64,000 nt of DNA from Amoebidium appalachense (taxonomy: Eukaryota; Protista; Ichthyosporea): positions 3,267,375 through 3,331,374 of the forward strand of contig CAVNZM010000017.1 of assembly GCA_963693365.1 (NCBI GenBank), read 5' to 3'. The translations under genes and the position numbers were made by a program. This document shows positions 50,282 to 62,921 of the stretch, piece by piece. Under the pieces are notes generated by a model that did not search any database, was not told the origin of the DNA, and saw nothing but the letters and a program-made list of their open reading frames with translations. Every line of letters begins with the position of its first letter. Position 1 is the stretch's first letter.

Positions 50282-52351
50282 GTGTGATGTGTGTGTGTGT
50301 GGGCATGTGTGTGGTGTGGTGTGTGTGTAGGTGTGGTGTGATTTGCACCTGGGTGCTTGCACCACACCATGGGTTCGTGTGCCATGCCCTGTGGGTTGGT
50401 CCACACGCATCAGTAGCACGTGACCACACGCAGCAACAGCACGTGACCACACGCATCAGTAGCACGTGACCACACGCAGCAACAGCACGTGACCACACGC
50501 ATCAGTAGCACGTGACCACACGCATCAGTAGCACGTGACCACACGCAGCAACAGCACGTGACCACACACAGCAAAAGCAGGTGGCCACACACAGCAATAG
50601 CACGTGGCCACACATACCACTAGCACGTGACCACTGACATGCAGCCAATCCCCTCAGGCCATGCTGGACCTCCTCCTCCCCTGTGTGACCATGCCTGTGC
50701 AGGGCAGCCTCACGGTGGCCATCAGAGACTTTGCTAAGGCCATGGAGAGGGGCCTGGCCCATGCAATGGCCGGCAGGCCTAATGCACTGCTGGCTAGAAG
50801 GCTGGAAGGTGCGTGGAAAGTGTGTTGTGTCTGTGTGTGTGGGTGTGTGGGTGTGTGGGCGCATCCGTCTGTTTTCGTGTGCCTGTGCATGTGCGTGTTT
50901 GTTCGTGTGTGTGTCCCTGCAAGTGTGTAGGCATGTGTGTGCCTATGCGTAGTGTCCGTGTGTTCCTTGTGTGCACTTGTGGATTTGTGTGTGTGCACCT
51001 GTACATCGTTATTTTCTTGCACGTGCGCATCCGGGTGCACTCTAGCTTGGGGTGCATGTGCCTGTGGTGTTTGTGTGTGTGCCTTGGACGGCATTGTGTG
51101 TGTGTGCACGTTCTGGCTCTGCCTTTGTCACCTGCACGTGTTTTTCTGTGTTGGCATGTGCTGCCCGTGTCCCGGCAAGCACTTTGAGCCTTCCCCCCCC
51201 CCCCCCTCCCCCCCCCATCTCCCCCGAATAACCATGCATGCTCTCTCCCCCCATGTTGAGGGAAATCTGTGTCTAACCCCGCCCATCATCCCTCTCTACC
51301 CTACCCTTCCCCCCCCCCCCCCCCCCCAACATACACACTCCCTAGTTACTTGCGGTTTTTTTCACTTTCAGGCTCCTAGGCATTTGGGGCCCTCGCTTAG
51401 TTTCTCACATGCCATCCCCCCTCCCACCCCCTCTCCATCCCCCCCCCCCCCCCCCCCCCCCCGTGTCGTATATACGCGGGCTAAGGGGTCGAAACTCAGA
51501 CGCAATTGATGACTTGGGTCCTCCCTGAGGATGGGCTCTGCTTATGACGCATACTGTGCACATGGCTGATGTTGCATACTTGAATGTTTGCCTTTGCATG
51601 TGTCCTGCACCATGCTTCTCGTCGTGTATGCGTACTTTGTACCGTGTTCCGCATTCAAAACCCCCCCAGTCTTCTTTCAGAGGTGTCCTTTCAGGACAGA
51701 CCACTGTGTGGAGACCGCTTTACTTCCATGCAACCGGGCATGGTTGCTCTGTGTCGTGCATCTGTAAGCACATACACATTTTTCGCTGCACTGCATTAGT
51801 TTGCACACACATCTTCACCGTTTTGCTCACCTTGCTTGCATAAGCAACCCTGCTCGTCTTTGATCAAGACGGGTTGACCCGCCCAAGCTCAGTTGATGCT
51901 GCTGTCTGAGTTGGAGTGTCGTATATACGCGGGCTAAGGGGTCGAAACTCAGACGCAATTGATGACTTGGGTCCTCCCTGAGGATGGGCTCTGCTTATGA
52001 CGCATACTGTGCACATGGCTGATGTTGCATACTTGAATGTTTGCCTTTGCATGTGTCCTGCACCATGCTTCTCGTCGTGTATGCGTACTTTGTACCGTGT
52101 TCCGCATTCAAACCCCCCCCCCCCCCGGCGCCCCCTTCCCCCCAGTTGCCAGTGTCTACTCATCGTGCCTGCGAGGACAGACCTCCCTCAACCATTTGGC
52201 CCAGGCTGCACGTGCAGTCATGCAGAACGAGGTGGGTGGGTGTTTGGGCAGGATAGGAGACGGTGGGAGGGAACTTGGAGAGCAAATGACTATGTTTGGG
52301 CAGTTTGGAAAAATGGAGATGGAGCAGGAGGGAGAGAGGAATCGGCCCGGG

Positions 52352-52389
<38 letters not shown>

Positions 52390-52639
52390 AGGGGAGGGGG
52401 GGGGGAGGGGGGGAGGGGGAGAGGGGGGGGGGGGGGGGGGGGGGGGGAGGGGGCGCTGGTTGTGGAGCGATTTGATGGTTGTGGGGTTCTGGTAAGTGAA
52501 GGTGAGACAAAAAGAGATTTTTTATTGGTGAAGTTTTTTGTTTCGTTGACACACGTACACATGCAGTCTTGCCACATACACTTACATTGAAACGAGTTGG
52601 ATAAATGGAAGGATGGCCCCATACTTAGCGGGTGCATTG

Positions 52640-52673
<34 letters not shown>

Positions 52674-55600
52674 TGCAGGATGCTGTTGCACAGATGGTGT
52701 CTGACTGGGGGCATGTGGACTTTGGGGATGTGGAGGCACAGGCACGGTGGGCCTTTGACGATGCAGGCATGGACCTGCTGAAGAACCGTACGTGCTGTAC
52801 AGGCATGCACGTGCACACAGGCATGCACGTGCACACAGGCATGCACGTGCACATGAACACATACACGTACGCTGAGGCACGCATGTGTTTGTTGGCACAT
52901 GCACGTGAACACTCACGCGCCTTAACACAGGAACGTGCACACACCACGTCCAGGGCATGCACGTGCAAACACATGAAATGCACACATGTCATGTGCACAC
53001 CCATGCATGTACGCATATAAGGTGTGTGCAATGTGCACCCCATCTCGCACATGGGCGTCTAGACGCATACAGGCAGAGTAAGATGTGCCTGCGTGCACGA
53101 GAGACCCACGTGCACGGGCACACACGAAGCAATCTATGATCTACCCCCTTTACTTTGTTGTCTGTTCTGTGTAATATCCTGCCCCCTTCCCCCGCCCTCC
53201 TCCCTCCTCTCCCTCCCTCCAAACAAGAAAAAAAGAAACGAGGAAAGAAAGACAGAAAGAAATAAAAGAAATCGGGCGCTCTGGTTGTATCGTGCCTACT
53301 CAAGTGTATGCATTTGATTTGCATTTTCTCTTTTTGTCAGGAGCGTGTGCTTTGTACTCTGCAGCGCGCTAACCTCCTCCCCTACCCCCCCTCCTCTCCT
53401 CCTCCCCCTCCCCCCCTCCCCCCCTCTTCCCCCCAGTGTACACTGGGCTCAGTGAGCTACTAGAGGAGGGGCCATGCCTTGAGGACTATGTGGATTGGCT
53501 GGAGGGGTTGGTGGAAGACACCATCACAGATAGGGTGGGTGGGTGTGGTGGGGGGGGGGGGGGGGGGGGGGGATGTGCTAGTGTGTGGTGTGTGTACGTG
53601 GTTGTGTGGGTGGGTGTGGGTGGGTGGGTGGGTGGGGTGGTTGGTGGGTGTTGGCGTGGTGGCGAACTTTGTGACTTGGGTGGGTTTTGTGTGCATGTTT
53701 GCATGTACGTGTCTGTGGTGTGTGTGTTAGTGGTGCATGCATGCACATGCGCCAACGTGTGGGTGGATGGATGGGCAGGTAGTCGGGCATATGTGTGCAA
53801 ACATCTGCCTGGCTGCTAGGGTATGTGTGCAAACATCTGCCTGGCTGCTAGGGTATGTGTGCAAACATCTGCCTGACTGCTAGGGTATGTGTGCAAACAT
53901 CTGCCTGGCTGCTAGGGTATGTGCGCACGTGCATGTGCCCATACCCGGAGGGAGGGGGGAGGGGGGGGAAGTACATGCTCTCTATAAAACGCTGTGCATA
54001 TCTGTATATCGACGTTGAATGCATTATCCAAGCAGACACGACGTGCATGCGTTCATATACCCGTATAAGAATGTTCACATGTAGAATGCACACATGTGCA
54101 CAACATCCACAATCGGTAATTTCATTCGCGCTCTCTGCTTTTCACATGTGCTTTTATCTGTCATCCACTCACCCCCACACTCCCCAAAGTACCCTCCCTT
54201 TCTTATACATGCCAGCTGTGCCCACCACCCATACACCTACTATAACCCCTCTGTGTGTGGCGTATGCCCTAACTGGCATTAACTCATTCGCCTACTAACT
54301 AATATTAACCCATACACCTACTAACTAGTATTAACTCATACACCTACTATAACCCCTCTGTGTGTGGCGTATGCCCTAACTGGTATTGACTCATGCGCCT
54401 ACTAACTAATATTAACCCATACACCTACTAACTAATATTAACTCATACACCTAACTATTAACCCATACGCCTACTAACTAATATTAATCCATACACCTAA
54501 CTAATATTAACCCATACGCCTACTAACTAATATTTATCCATACACCTAACTAATATTAACCCATACACCTACTATAACGTCTCTGTGTGTGGTGTATGCC
54601 CTAACTGGTATTAACTCATGCGCCTACTAAAAAATATTTACCCATACACCTACTAACTAGTATTAACTCATACACCTACTAACTAATATTAACCCATACA
54701 CCTACTAACTAATATTAGCCCATACACCTACTATAACCTCTTTGTGTGTGGTGTATGCCCTAACTAGTATTAACTCATACACCTAACTAATATTAACCCA
54801 TACACCTACTATAACCCGTCTGTGTGTGGTGTATGCCCTAACTAGCATTAACCCATCTCCAGAATGACCTGCACCTGTGTGTTGCCGAGCTAGGCACCTT
54901 CATGCTGCGCTGGTCCTTCCTCACCGCTCTCATCATCAGAGACCTCACCCTGCGCTCGGCTGCTAGCTTCGGTAATAAAAAAAAACCCCCCTTGTCATTA
55001 GCCTCAAAAAGCCACACCCCCTAAAAACACAGACATATGCACACGTACAAGCACACAGGCACGCATGCTTGCACACAGGCAAATGTCCGCGCAGACACAA
55101 GCGCATGTGCGCACGTGCACACACACCCCACGACTGGCCCACCAACGCCATACAGGTCATATATGTCGCCACATGGAGACACCCGTACCCTGTCCTTTGC
55201 CTTTTTTCCCTCTCCCACCATGTCCACCGTTCATTTCCAGTATCCCTATATTCGCTCTCCCCCCCCCCCCCCCCCCCCCGAACAGTATCTGAGTTGGGTT
55301 TCGTTAGCGAGGTGAGTAGGTCGAAACTCGGATACTGTGGATGACGTGGGCCCCCCTGAGGATGGGCTCTGCTTATTATGCATACTCTTTATGTATAGCT
55401 TGCATTCTGCATCGTGTTATCCGTTTGCTCTTGTGTACTACTGTATGTGCATGTCCCCCCCCCCCCCCCCAATTTCTTCTCACCCCAATTGAACGTCCCA
55501 TGCACGGTGGTGCACCCTCACTGCCTGAATTTCTTGCTACCGCCCGATCACAACCTGCGCCTGGTGCCATGCCATATTTTGATTGGACCTGGCTGGCGGC

Positions 55601-56864
55601 TAGCTGGATGCATGTTAGGTTCGGTGGTGGTGCTGTGTGTTTGCTGTACGGACACGTGTGCGTCTGTGTGTGTGTGCACGTGTGTATACGGGTGTGCGCA
55701 CCTCCGGTGCACGGTGACTGTGTATGTGTGTATGTGCACGTGTGTGTGCACTTGTGTGTGTGTGTGCACGTGTGTGTGTGTGTGTGTGTGCACTTGTGTG
55801 TGTGTGTGTGCACGTGTGTGTCTGACGGGGGTGTGCAGGGCACTTCCACCTGCTGCGGCTGGTGTTTGACGAATACATCCTCTACATGGTCGACAAGTAC
55901 AAGCGCAAGTGTGTGCATGCACGTGCACACACAGGGCCACAATTGCACGTGCACACACACAGCCACAATTGCACGTGCACACACGGTTACACAATGTCAT
56001 GTACGACTGTATGCCAAGCACACACCACACAGTCCATGAATGCATGTGCTTTGGCGTCTTGGCTGCTGGTGTGTGTGCATGGGGCACATGGGGGGGTTGG
56101 GACGACTGGGTGGGCGTGAAGGTGTGTGTGGTGTGTGTGTGTCTTTGTGGCGCGCATGTGTGTCTGCGTGCACGTGTGCATCTGTTTGCACGTGCATAGG
56201 TTCATTGGTGTATGTGCATTTGCGTCCATGTGCATGTGGGTATCTTCATGTGCCTGCACAAGGGTGCATGTGGCATGTGTGCACGTGTCATGCATGTTCT
56301 TACCCCCCTTTTCAGGCTGCTGACACACGAGCTACGGCAAAAGGCGCTGGGCAGCCACCACGACACCATGCTGCCTGCACAGCAACAGGGCCTCTCCCCA
56401 AATGTATGTGCTCAGCCAACAACATCCCTCCTCCCCCCCCTCCACCCCCCACCCCCCACCCACCCACCCCCTCAAAGTTAAAAAAAGAAAAGACGTTAAA
56501 AAGATGAAAAAGAGGGGCAAACCCCCCCCCCCCCCCCCCCTCCCCCCCCCCCCTCTCACCGACCCACCCGCCCACCACCACCACCACCACCAACACCACC
56601 CACCCACACACCCAAATACAAATACACACGGGCCTGCACACACACACGCACACACGCACACGTGCACACGTGCACACGTCTAGTGATTATCCTGTTATAC
56701 TGGGACGGTGAAAAGGAAGGTTGTGTGGGGACGGTGGCTCTTGTTGTGTAATGGGTAGGTGGTAGGTCTTTTACGTGTATTCGTGAACCCCGCCATCCCC
56801 TCAATATGACTGTCGCCTCATCCCCTCCCAACACCCACCTCCTCCTCCTTCTCCTCCACCACCA

Positions 56865-56913
<49 letters not shown>

Positions 56914-56947
56914 GATACAGCCTGGCCTATTCCAGATGCTCGGGTGA
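43363..56947 (+). CDS. RFX: RFX winged-helix transcription factor with B, C and dimerisation domains, 18 exons
   Basis: Exons 43363-43455 (start uncertain), 43649-43749, 44625-44712, 45524-45621, 46419-46493, 47614-47728, 48153-48254, 48908-49000, 49732-49845, 50658-50808, 52146-52231, 52679-52787, 53437-53534, 54863-54971, 55839-55908, 56316-56403, 56915-56947 (17 listed; the count may be 17 or 18 depending on the 5' end). DBD TAEWLQGNY...[11 protein letters not shown]...[36 protein letters not shown]; [14 protein letters not shown]; RWSF...[26 protein letters not shown]. Confidence 0.96.
49172..49293 (+). mobile_element. Poly-C-associated element, subfamily B, 5'-truncated
   Basis: ATGACGTGGGCCCCCCCTGAGGATGGG...GACGCATTCAAA between two C runs; RFX intron. 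Confidence 0.88.
50400..50634. repeat. 23-bp minisatellite carrying CACGTG E-boxes
   Basis: Unit GCACGTGACCACACGCA(TCAGTA/GCAACA), ~10 copies, ending ~23 nt before an RFX 3' splice site. Confidence 0.9.
51463..52112 (+). mobile_element. Poly-C-associated element, subfamily A, partial tandem (truncated copy 51463-51660, C7, longer copy 51668-52112)
   Basis: 51463-51659 appears identical to 51916-52112; both end CATTCAAA(A) + C run; RFX intron. Confidence 0.9.
53790..53925. repeat. 32-bp tandem repeat x4
   Basis: TATGTGTGCAAACATCTGCCTGGCTGCTAGGG repeated. Confidence 0.9.
54228..54856. repeat. Higher-order AT-rich minisatellite
   Basis: ~22-26-bp units AACTAATATTAACCCATACACCT(ACT) interleaved with a longer ATAACCCCTCTGTGTGTGGYGTATGCCCT unit (5 copies); runs up to the acceptor at 54862. 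Confidence 0.9.
55280..55440 (+). mobile_element. Poly-C-associated element, subfamily B, 5'-truncated with altered 3' end
   Basis: AACAGTATCTGAGTTGG...GGTCGAAACTCGGATACTG...CTGAGGATGGGCTCTGCTTATTATGC; C runs at 55259-55279 and 55455-55470; RFX intron. Confidence 0.85.
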
Positions 56948-57217
56948 TATGAGCTCAGCCAAGCACAGACAGGCCCAGACCCCTACCACCACCAAGGTGT
57001 TTTTTGCTATATGTGCACTGAATGATGTTGGGAATAGGGATGGGACAGCAAGCAAGTAATGAATGGCATGTAGGTCGCAGGCTGTGTGTGTGTGTGGGGG
57101 GGGGGGGGGGGGGGGGGGGGGGAGGGGGGGGGGGGGGGGGGGTTACGGCGAGTTAGAGGCGACGGTGGTTGTAAGGAGTAATGTATTGAACAATCAGGAA
57201 GTGAGGTTGGTGGTTGG

Positions 57218-57380
57218 ATGTTCATTTGGTGGCATATCCATTTGGTTGTATATCCATGTGGTTGTATATCCATTTGGTTACATATCCATGGTTGCAGGTC
57301 TATTTGGCGGCATATCCATGTGGTTGAATATCCATATGGTTGCATATCCATTTGGTGGCATATCCATATGGTGGCATATT
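57218..57380. repeat. 17-bp minisatellite, ~9 copies
   Basis: GCATATCCATTTGGTKG and variants in tandem. Confidence 0.85.
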
Positions 57381-58195
57381 CTGAAGTGCTCAATCGGGTT
57401 TTGAGTAGTGTACAGTATTCAGATGAGATACACAGCGATTGTGGTCTACGTATACGCTGCCAGACATAGAAAAACAATGTATGGTTGCTGGCTGTAAACC
57501 ATGTACAAGCACGTATGAACGTTAGGGTAGTGTAAGTCTGCTGTTTGTGCCCGAACAGATTATTAGGAGCAGTCTGTCACCTTGAAGCAAAGGGCCAGCA
57601 CAGGCCTACCATGAAGATACACAGGAAACAATAAATTCCTCAGCTTAAATCTGTTTTACAATTTTAGTGTTCTCACACTTCTGAACCGTTAGCATGTACA
57701 TGCATTGCTCATACTCGTTGAGTCATGAACACAGCTTGCAAAGTTGCAATATGCTAGTTCGGCTATAACCCTATCGCATGTTTAATTCTGGATACATGCT
57801 AAGTGTGTGAATGTAATTGCATGCAGAATTGCATATTATTAGGAAGGGGTGTGAATGGATGCGGGGCGTCTGTACAGAGCATGCCCATGGCCATTTGGCA
57901 TAAGCAATGTGCAGCCTACAATTAACTATGTGTGTTTGTAGAGTGGTCCGTCGTCAGAAGGGAAAAAACACGGTTAAGAAAGCTGATGTTATGTGTAAGT
58001 AGACATCAAATTGAATGCATGTATGCTTTTACCCTTGCAATTGCAAGGCAGTCCAAACATTTCAATATCTCAGGAACGACCAAAAAACCCGGGATAGATA
58101 TTTATGTCTGCACCAGGTGACCGGCTTGGTATGTCGCTGGAGTGACTCTGCGCATGCTGCTTAAAATTCAATTGGAGTATGAGTACACGTGTGTG

Positions 58196-58238
<43 letters not shown>

Positions 58239-58422
58239 TGTGTGATTTTTTGTCGGAAGGGGAGGGGGGGGGGGGGGGGGGGGGGCTTTGTGTCTGTGTG
58301 CGTGTCTCTGTGTGTGTCTGTGTGTGTGTGTGTGTGTGTGCGTGTGTGTGTGCGCGCGCACATATGCATGTGCGTGTTTTTTTTTTTTTTTTTTTTTTTT
58401 TTTGGGGGGGGGGGGAGGGGCC

Positions 58423-58481
<59 letters not shown>

Positions 58482-58654
58482 TCGGAAGGGGGGGGGGGGG
58501 GGGGGCTTTGTGTCTGTGTGTGTGTGTGTGTGCGTGTCTCTGTGTGTGTCTCTCTCTCTCTCTGTGTGTGTGTGTGCGTGTCTCTCTCTGTGTGTGTGTG
58601 CGTGTGTGTGCGTGCGCGCGTGCATGTGCGTGTTTTTTCTTTTCTTTTTTTTTT

Positions 58655-58705
<51 letters not shown>

Positions 58706-59091
58706 GGGAAGCTGCCTCAAGGATTTTTCTTTCCAAGTTTTTCGGGCACGCGTGCACATTGGTACCACTTCAATGGGCCACTGTAGTAATTTTAAAGGTG
58801 TGACACTAGGGACTAGATGGTATGTAAGAGCCACGTCACTCCTGCGTGCAGTCTGACATCCCATGAACCGTAAATTTAATTGCAAGAATAAAACACAGGC
58901 AAAACAGATGTACATGTTCACAAATGTCACACCCCAGGAGCTACTATTAGACACAGGAGTCTGGCATCGTCCATCCATAAAAGGCAAGTATGACTAAAAG
59001 ATTGTGTGTGCTCGTTCACATGCACCCCTCATGCATGCTGCTACACGTACACCCGTACGAACACAGGCACAGCTCCTTTAATAATGCTGCA

Positions 59092-59155
59092 GGTGTTGCC
59101 TCCTTTAATAATGCTGCAGTTGTTGCCTCCTTTAATAATGCTGCAGGTGTTGCCC
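59092..59155. repeat. 27-bp tandem repeat
   Basis: CTCCTTTAATAATGCTGCAG(G/T)TGTTGC x3, first copy starting at ~59073. Confidence 0.8.
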
Positions 59156-59493
59156 TCTTTCTGCGGTGTCTCTCCTAAAGTAATGTACGTTTCTGATTCA
59201 CATCGTGTGTGTGTATGCTTGCATTTGTCAGAAATGATGTTACATAACTCACATGTTAATCTATGTCCATCCTTGTTGCAGTACATATGAAACTATCCAA
59301 GTTGGTGATTAGAACTCCTCAACAAAACGTCAAATGTGCAGGTGGATAAACTCATGTAAATTAACCGTCGAGACGACAATACATCAGCCAACTAAACAAG
59401 TCTTCATCAAAACAACAAGAAGAAACAAGTCACGATAGCGAAAACAGAAAAATGCACGCGTGTCCACATATACCCAGCACACCTATTCACCCG

Positions 59494-60789
59494 CTACCTC
59501 TTCCTATCAGTCAGCAGCACATACTGTGTGCCAATCACTATGCGTGGCTTGCTCCCCTTAGGCAGTGGTGGCTCAGGGTAGACATCAGGTATCTCCCTGG
59601 GGGCCCTCTTTGGCCTCTCACCCTCCATATAACTCCCCCCATCCACGAGCGCAGCCGTGCTAGCCTCCGGGTAATGTGCCACGTCGGCCTGCGACACAAA
59701 ATCCGCACGCGTACTGTTAAAATTATCTTTTTCCTTATCGCTTCCCCCGTCAAGAGATGACTTTCGCATTTTGTCGCTTACATCATCCACGGATGTGTCT
59801 GTGTTTGTGCATAGCGGGTAGCTGCTTGTGTCTGTGCTGCCGTTTGCTTTGTCTTGTGTTTTGTCCTCTGCCTCTCCCATTGCAGGTACGTAGCGCACGT
59901 GCACAACACTGCGACAGTCGTCGGATAGGTGGAACACCACCCACTCAACCATGGACCGGATAATGCCCTGTGATCAAAAACACGAACAGAAAGAGCAAAG
60001 CAAAACACGGTTAGATGGCTGTAATAATGTATGAGTAGATAGTAACTGGTGCATGTTTATCTTTTGGGCATACATACATGGGCAGAAAACAGGAAAGAAT
60101 CAACCATGATTTCTTTAAGGATCAACCATGATTCTTTTAGGATCAACCATGATTTCTTCTCTTAGCACCACCAACTCAGCTGGTGCGATGAGTAATTCGC
60201 GATCGATGTATCTGTGGAGGGAGAGGGCTTAAAGCCACTTAAAGCATATAGAGACAGAAAATCAAACGGTGTGTGAAAATGGGCACCGCCAACACAAAAA
60301 GAGATAAGAGTGCCCGACCAGAAAGAGCGCGTGGGTGCACATTGTGGTTTTGTGGAGATATGGAAGAGAGGTGTTTTTATGGAACAGGGTGTTCTTATGA
60401 CCGCACACACAAATCAGGAGAAACCACACAGCCACATGTTGTTCTCATGCCACGTGCACACAACTGCAGGTAGAGAAGTCCAATCGCCAACTATGATTGG
60501 TTCGATCTGGCCAATGAGCAAGGGCTATGCTGGTATTAATAATTAGTGTGCACCGTGCACGTGACTGTGAACCATTATTGCTAATTGACCGCAATGAACA
60601 GATTGACGTCATTATGGTACCATGTCGACCAATCAATTAACGGCTACCATCTACCCACCGTGTTTCTAGTGTGGGTAGGTGGTGGTTTCTAAGAACAAAA
60701 AACATCTTATGACCAGAAATATGCATTGGAAGAACTTATTCAATCATCCCCCTCAGTTGGAAGGTGCAGGGGGGTTCGAGGAAGGTCGA

Positions 60790-60827
<38 letters not shown>

Positions 60828-61309
60828 AGGATGGGGGGGAAGGCCAAGAGGGAGGGGGGAGGGGGGGGGGAGAGAGGTATATGGTTGTTTTCTGTACCTG
60901 GCCGATGTCAGGCTCGTGGTACAGCTCGTGCATTGGATTTTCATACAGGTGGATGGTCTTGTCTGTGGATGACGCCCGATCATGAAGCTCCATGGCTCCC
61001 TCGGGCACCACCATGTCATCGTGTAGCCTAAAAACATAGGGTTAGAGCAAATTCGGGGTGCTTGCATGGGGTAGAACAAGTAATCGATGTGGAAGACAGG
61101 TGGGTGATGGATGTTGTCTGTGCGACAGACACTGTTTGGGTGCACCTAGGATGCATGAAGGAGGGGTAAGAAGGAGTGATCGGAGGAAAGGATGAGCAGC
61201 CAGCACCGCCCAGAAAGGGGGAGAAAATAGTTAAATTCGAGCTCAATGTGATGTGCCTGTGTATGTGTGTGTGTGTATGTACCTGTATGCCTGTGTACGT
61301 GTGTGTGTG

Positions 61310-61368
<59 letters not shown>

Positions 61369-62831
61369 TACATCTGTGCAGGTGTACGAGTGCGTGTGTG
61401 TGAGGGCGAAGCCGATACCACAGGGAGGTGAGAGACGGGGAGGGAGGGAGGGAGGGAGGGGGGGGGGGGTTGTCACCCTTGTACGACGATGAAGGGCGAT
61501 GCGACCTGGGCCAGGTGCCTGTAGTTGTCTGTGGAGGCCTGGGTGATGGCCTGCACCCAGCGGGTCTTGGTCTGTCCCTGATAGGTTAAGGGGTCCTCGT
61601 ACCAGGCCTTGACTGGGGGTGGGTTGATGGGGTTAAAAGGAGAATGGGGGTATATGGGAATTAAGGTGTGCATTACAAAACGTTATATATGGGTTAAAAA
61701 GTGCTAAACAGTAGGGTGGATTCTCTTAGCAAGCAAACACCCATTAACCGAACACCAGATCTAATGATATCATTGGCTCTGGCCAGGTCCAGTCCTGACG
61801 TAAGTAAGTGCGGAAACTGAAGTCGATTGGTTCCCGCCATGTCGACATCGAAATTCCGAATTCGGTTCGTGTACATTTGATGCCTGCCCGAGCGGAGCAC
61901 GTGGACAAGGTCTTCAAAAATGTTCTACTCCATCAGAAACCTTTTTAGCACGGTTGAAGTAGTAACTTGATAAGATTGACTATTTTTCTAGATGAAGGTG
62001 ATAGATTTCACAAACCGGCAAGTAAACATATGATTCGCAACCAATAGTTGTGAAGATCGAGGTATTCGGTTAATGGGTGAGATCTTGACAGCATTTGCTT
62101 TTCATGTTTCTGTTAATAAATTAGACCAGAAGCGCTATTTTTATTTTAATAACTGAAGATTTACATTAAACTCTTACTCCGACAAAAAGAAAAGTATCCG
62201 TTAATCTCTATTGGGAGCTGAGATATTGCACAGATCGGGTGCGAAAACGGTTAATGGATAAGGTACCCTACATGGGTCATGTACAGGTTAAACAGCTTAT
62301 GGGTCAAAGAAAGGTTGAGCGGTGCATGGCTCACATGGCTCACATAGGGGTTAAACCTGCTGGCTGGGTGCGACATAAATAAAGACAAGGCACTCTGTTT
62401 GCTTCTGCCTCACTATCTGCTTCAACCATGACCAGTTTCTTGAGGCTTTAACCCCCCCCCCCCTGGCACCTCTTGGGGGATTTTGTTGCCCAAGTATATC
62501 TACCGACGATATGTGGATGTTGGAGGTGTTTGCTCATGCCATTCAGTGTAGACGATTTGGGGTGGGCTGTATGTTCTATGGGTGTGTGTGATCATGGTTG
62601 TGTGGGTACGGGGTGTGGCCAGCTGCCAGGCATCATTATGAGGTTGTGAACTTGTTCATACTTGCTGCATCGAAATATTCCTATTTAGTTGTTTACATCT
62701 AGGCACGTACCGATTCTGAAGTCGCTCGACAGATACTCTGCATCTATGGTGCCCATTGTGAACAGGGGGCTGGCCCCGTTCATGTGGTTGTTAAGCAAGA
62801 TCTTGCTGGCTGCTGACTCCCCGGGGTCCGG

Positions 62832-62921
<90 letters not shown>

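Noticed and set aside
51940-51990. Hammerhead ribozyme in the poly-C element (GAAAC...GTC...CTGAGGA)
   Set aside because: Only 4 nt separate GTC from CTGA, so stem I cannot form. The GTC is GCC in other copies, and GAAACTC is better explained by the covarying P4 stem. A non-canonical ribozyme is not excluded.
51960-52000. SECIS element (ATGA...hairpin)
   Set aside because: Intronic location, no apical AA at the right spacing and no UGA-recoded gene nearby.
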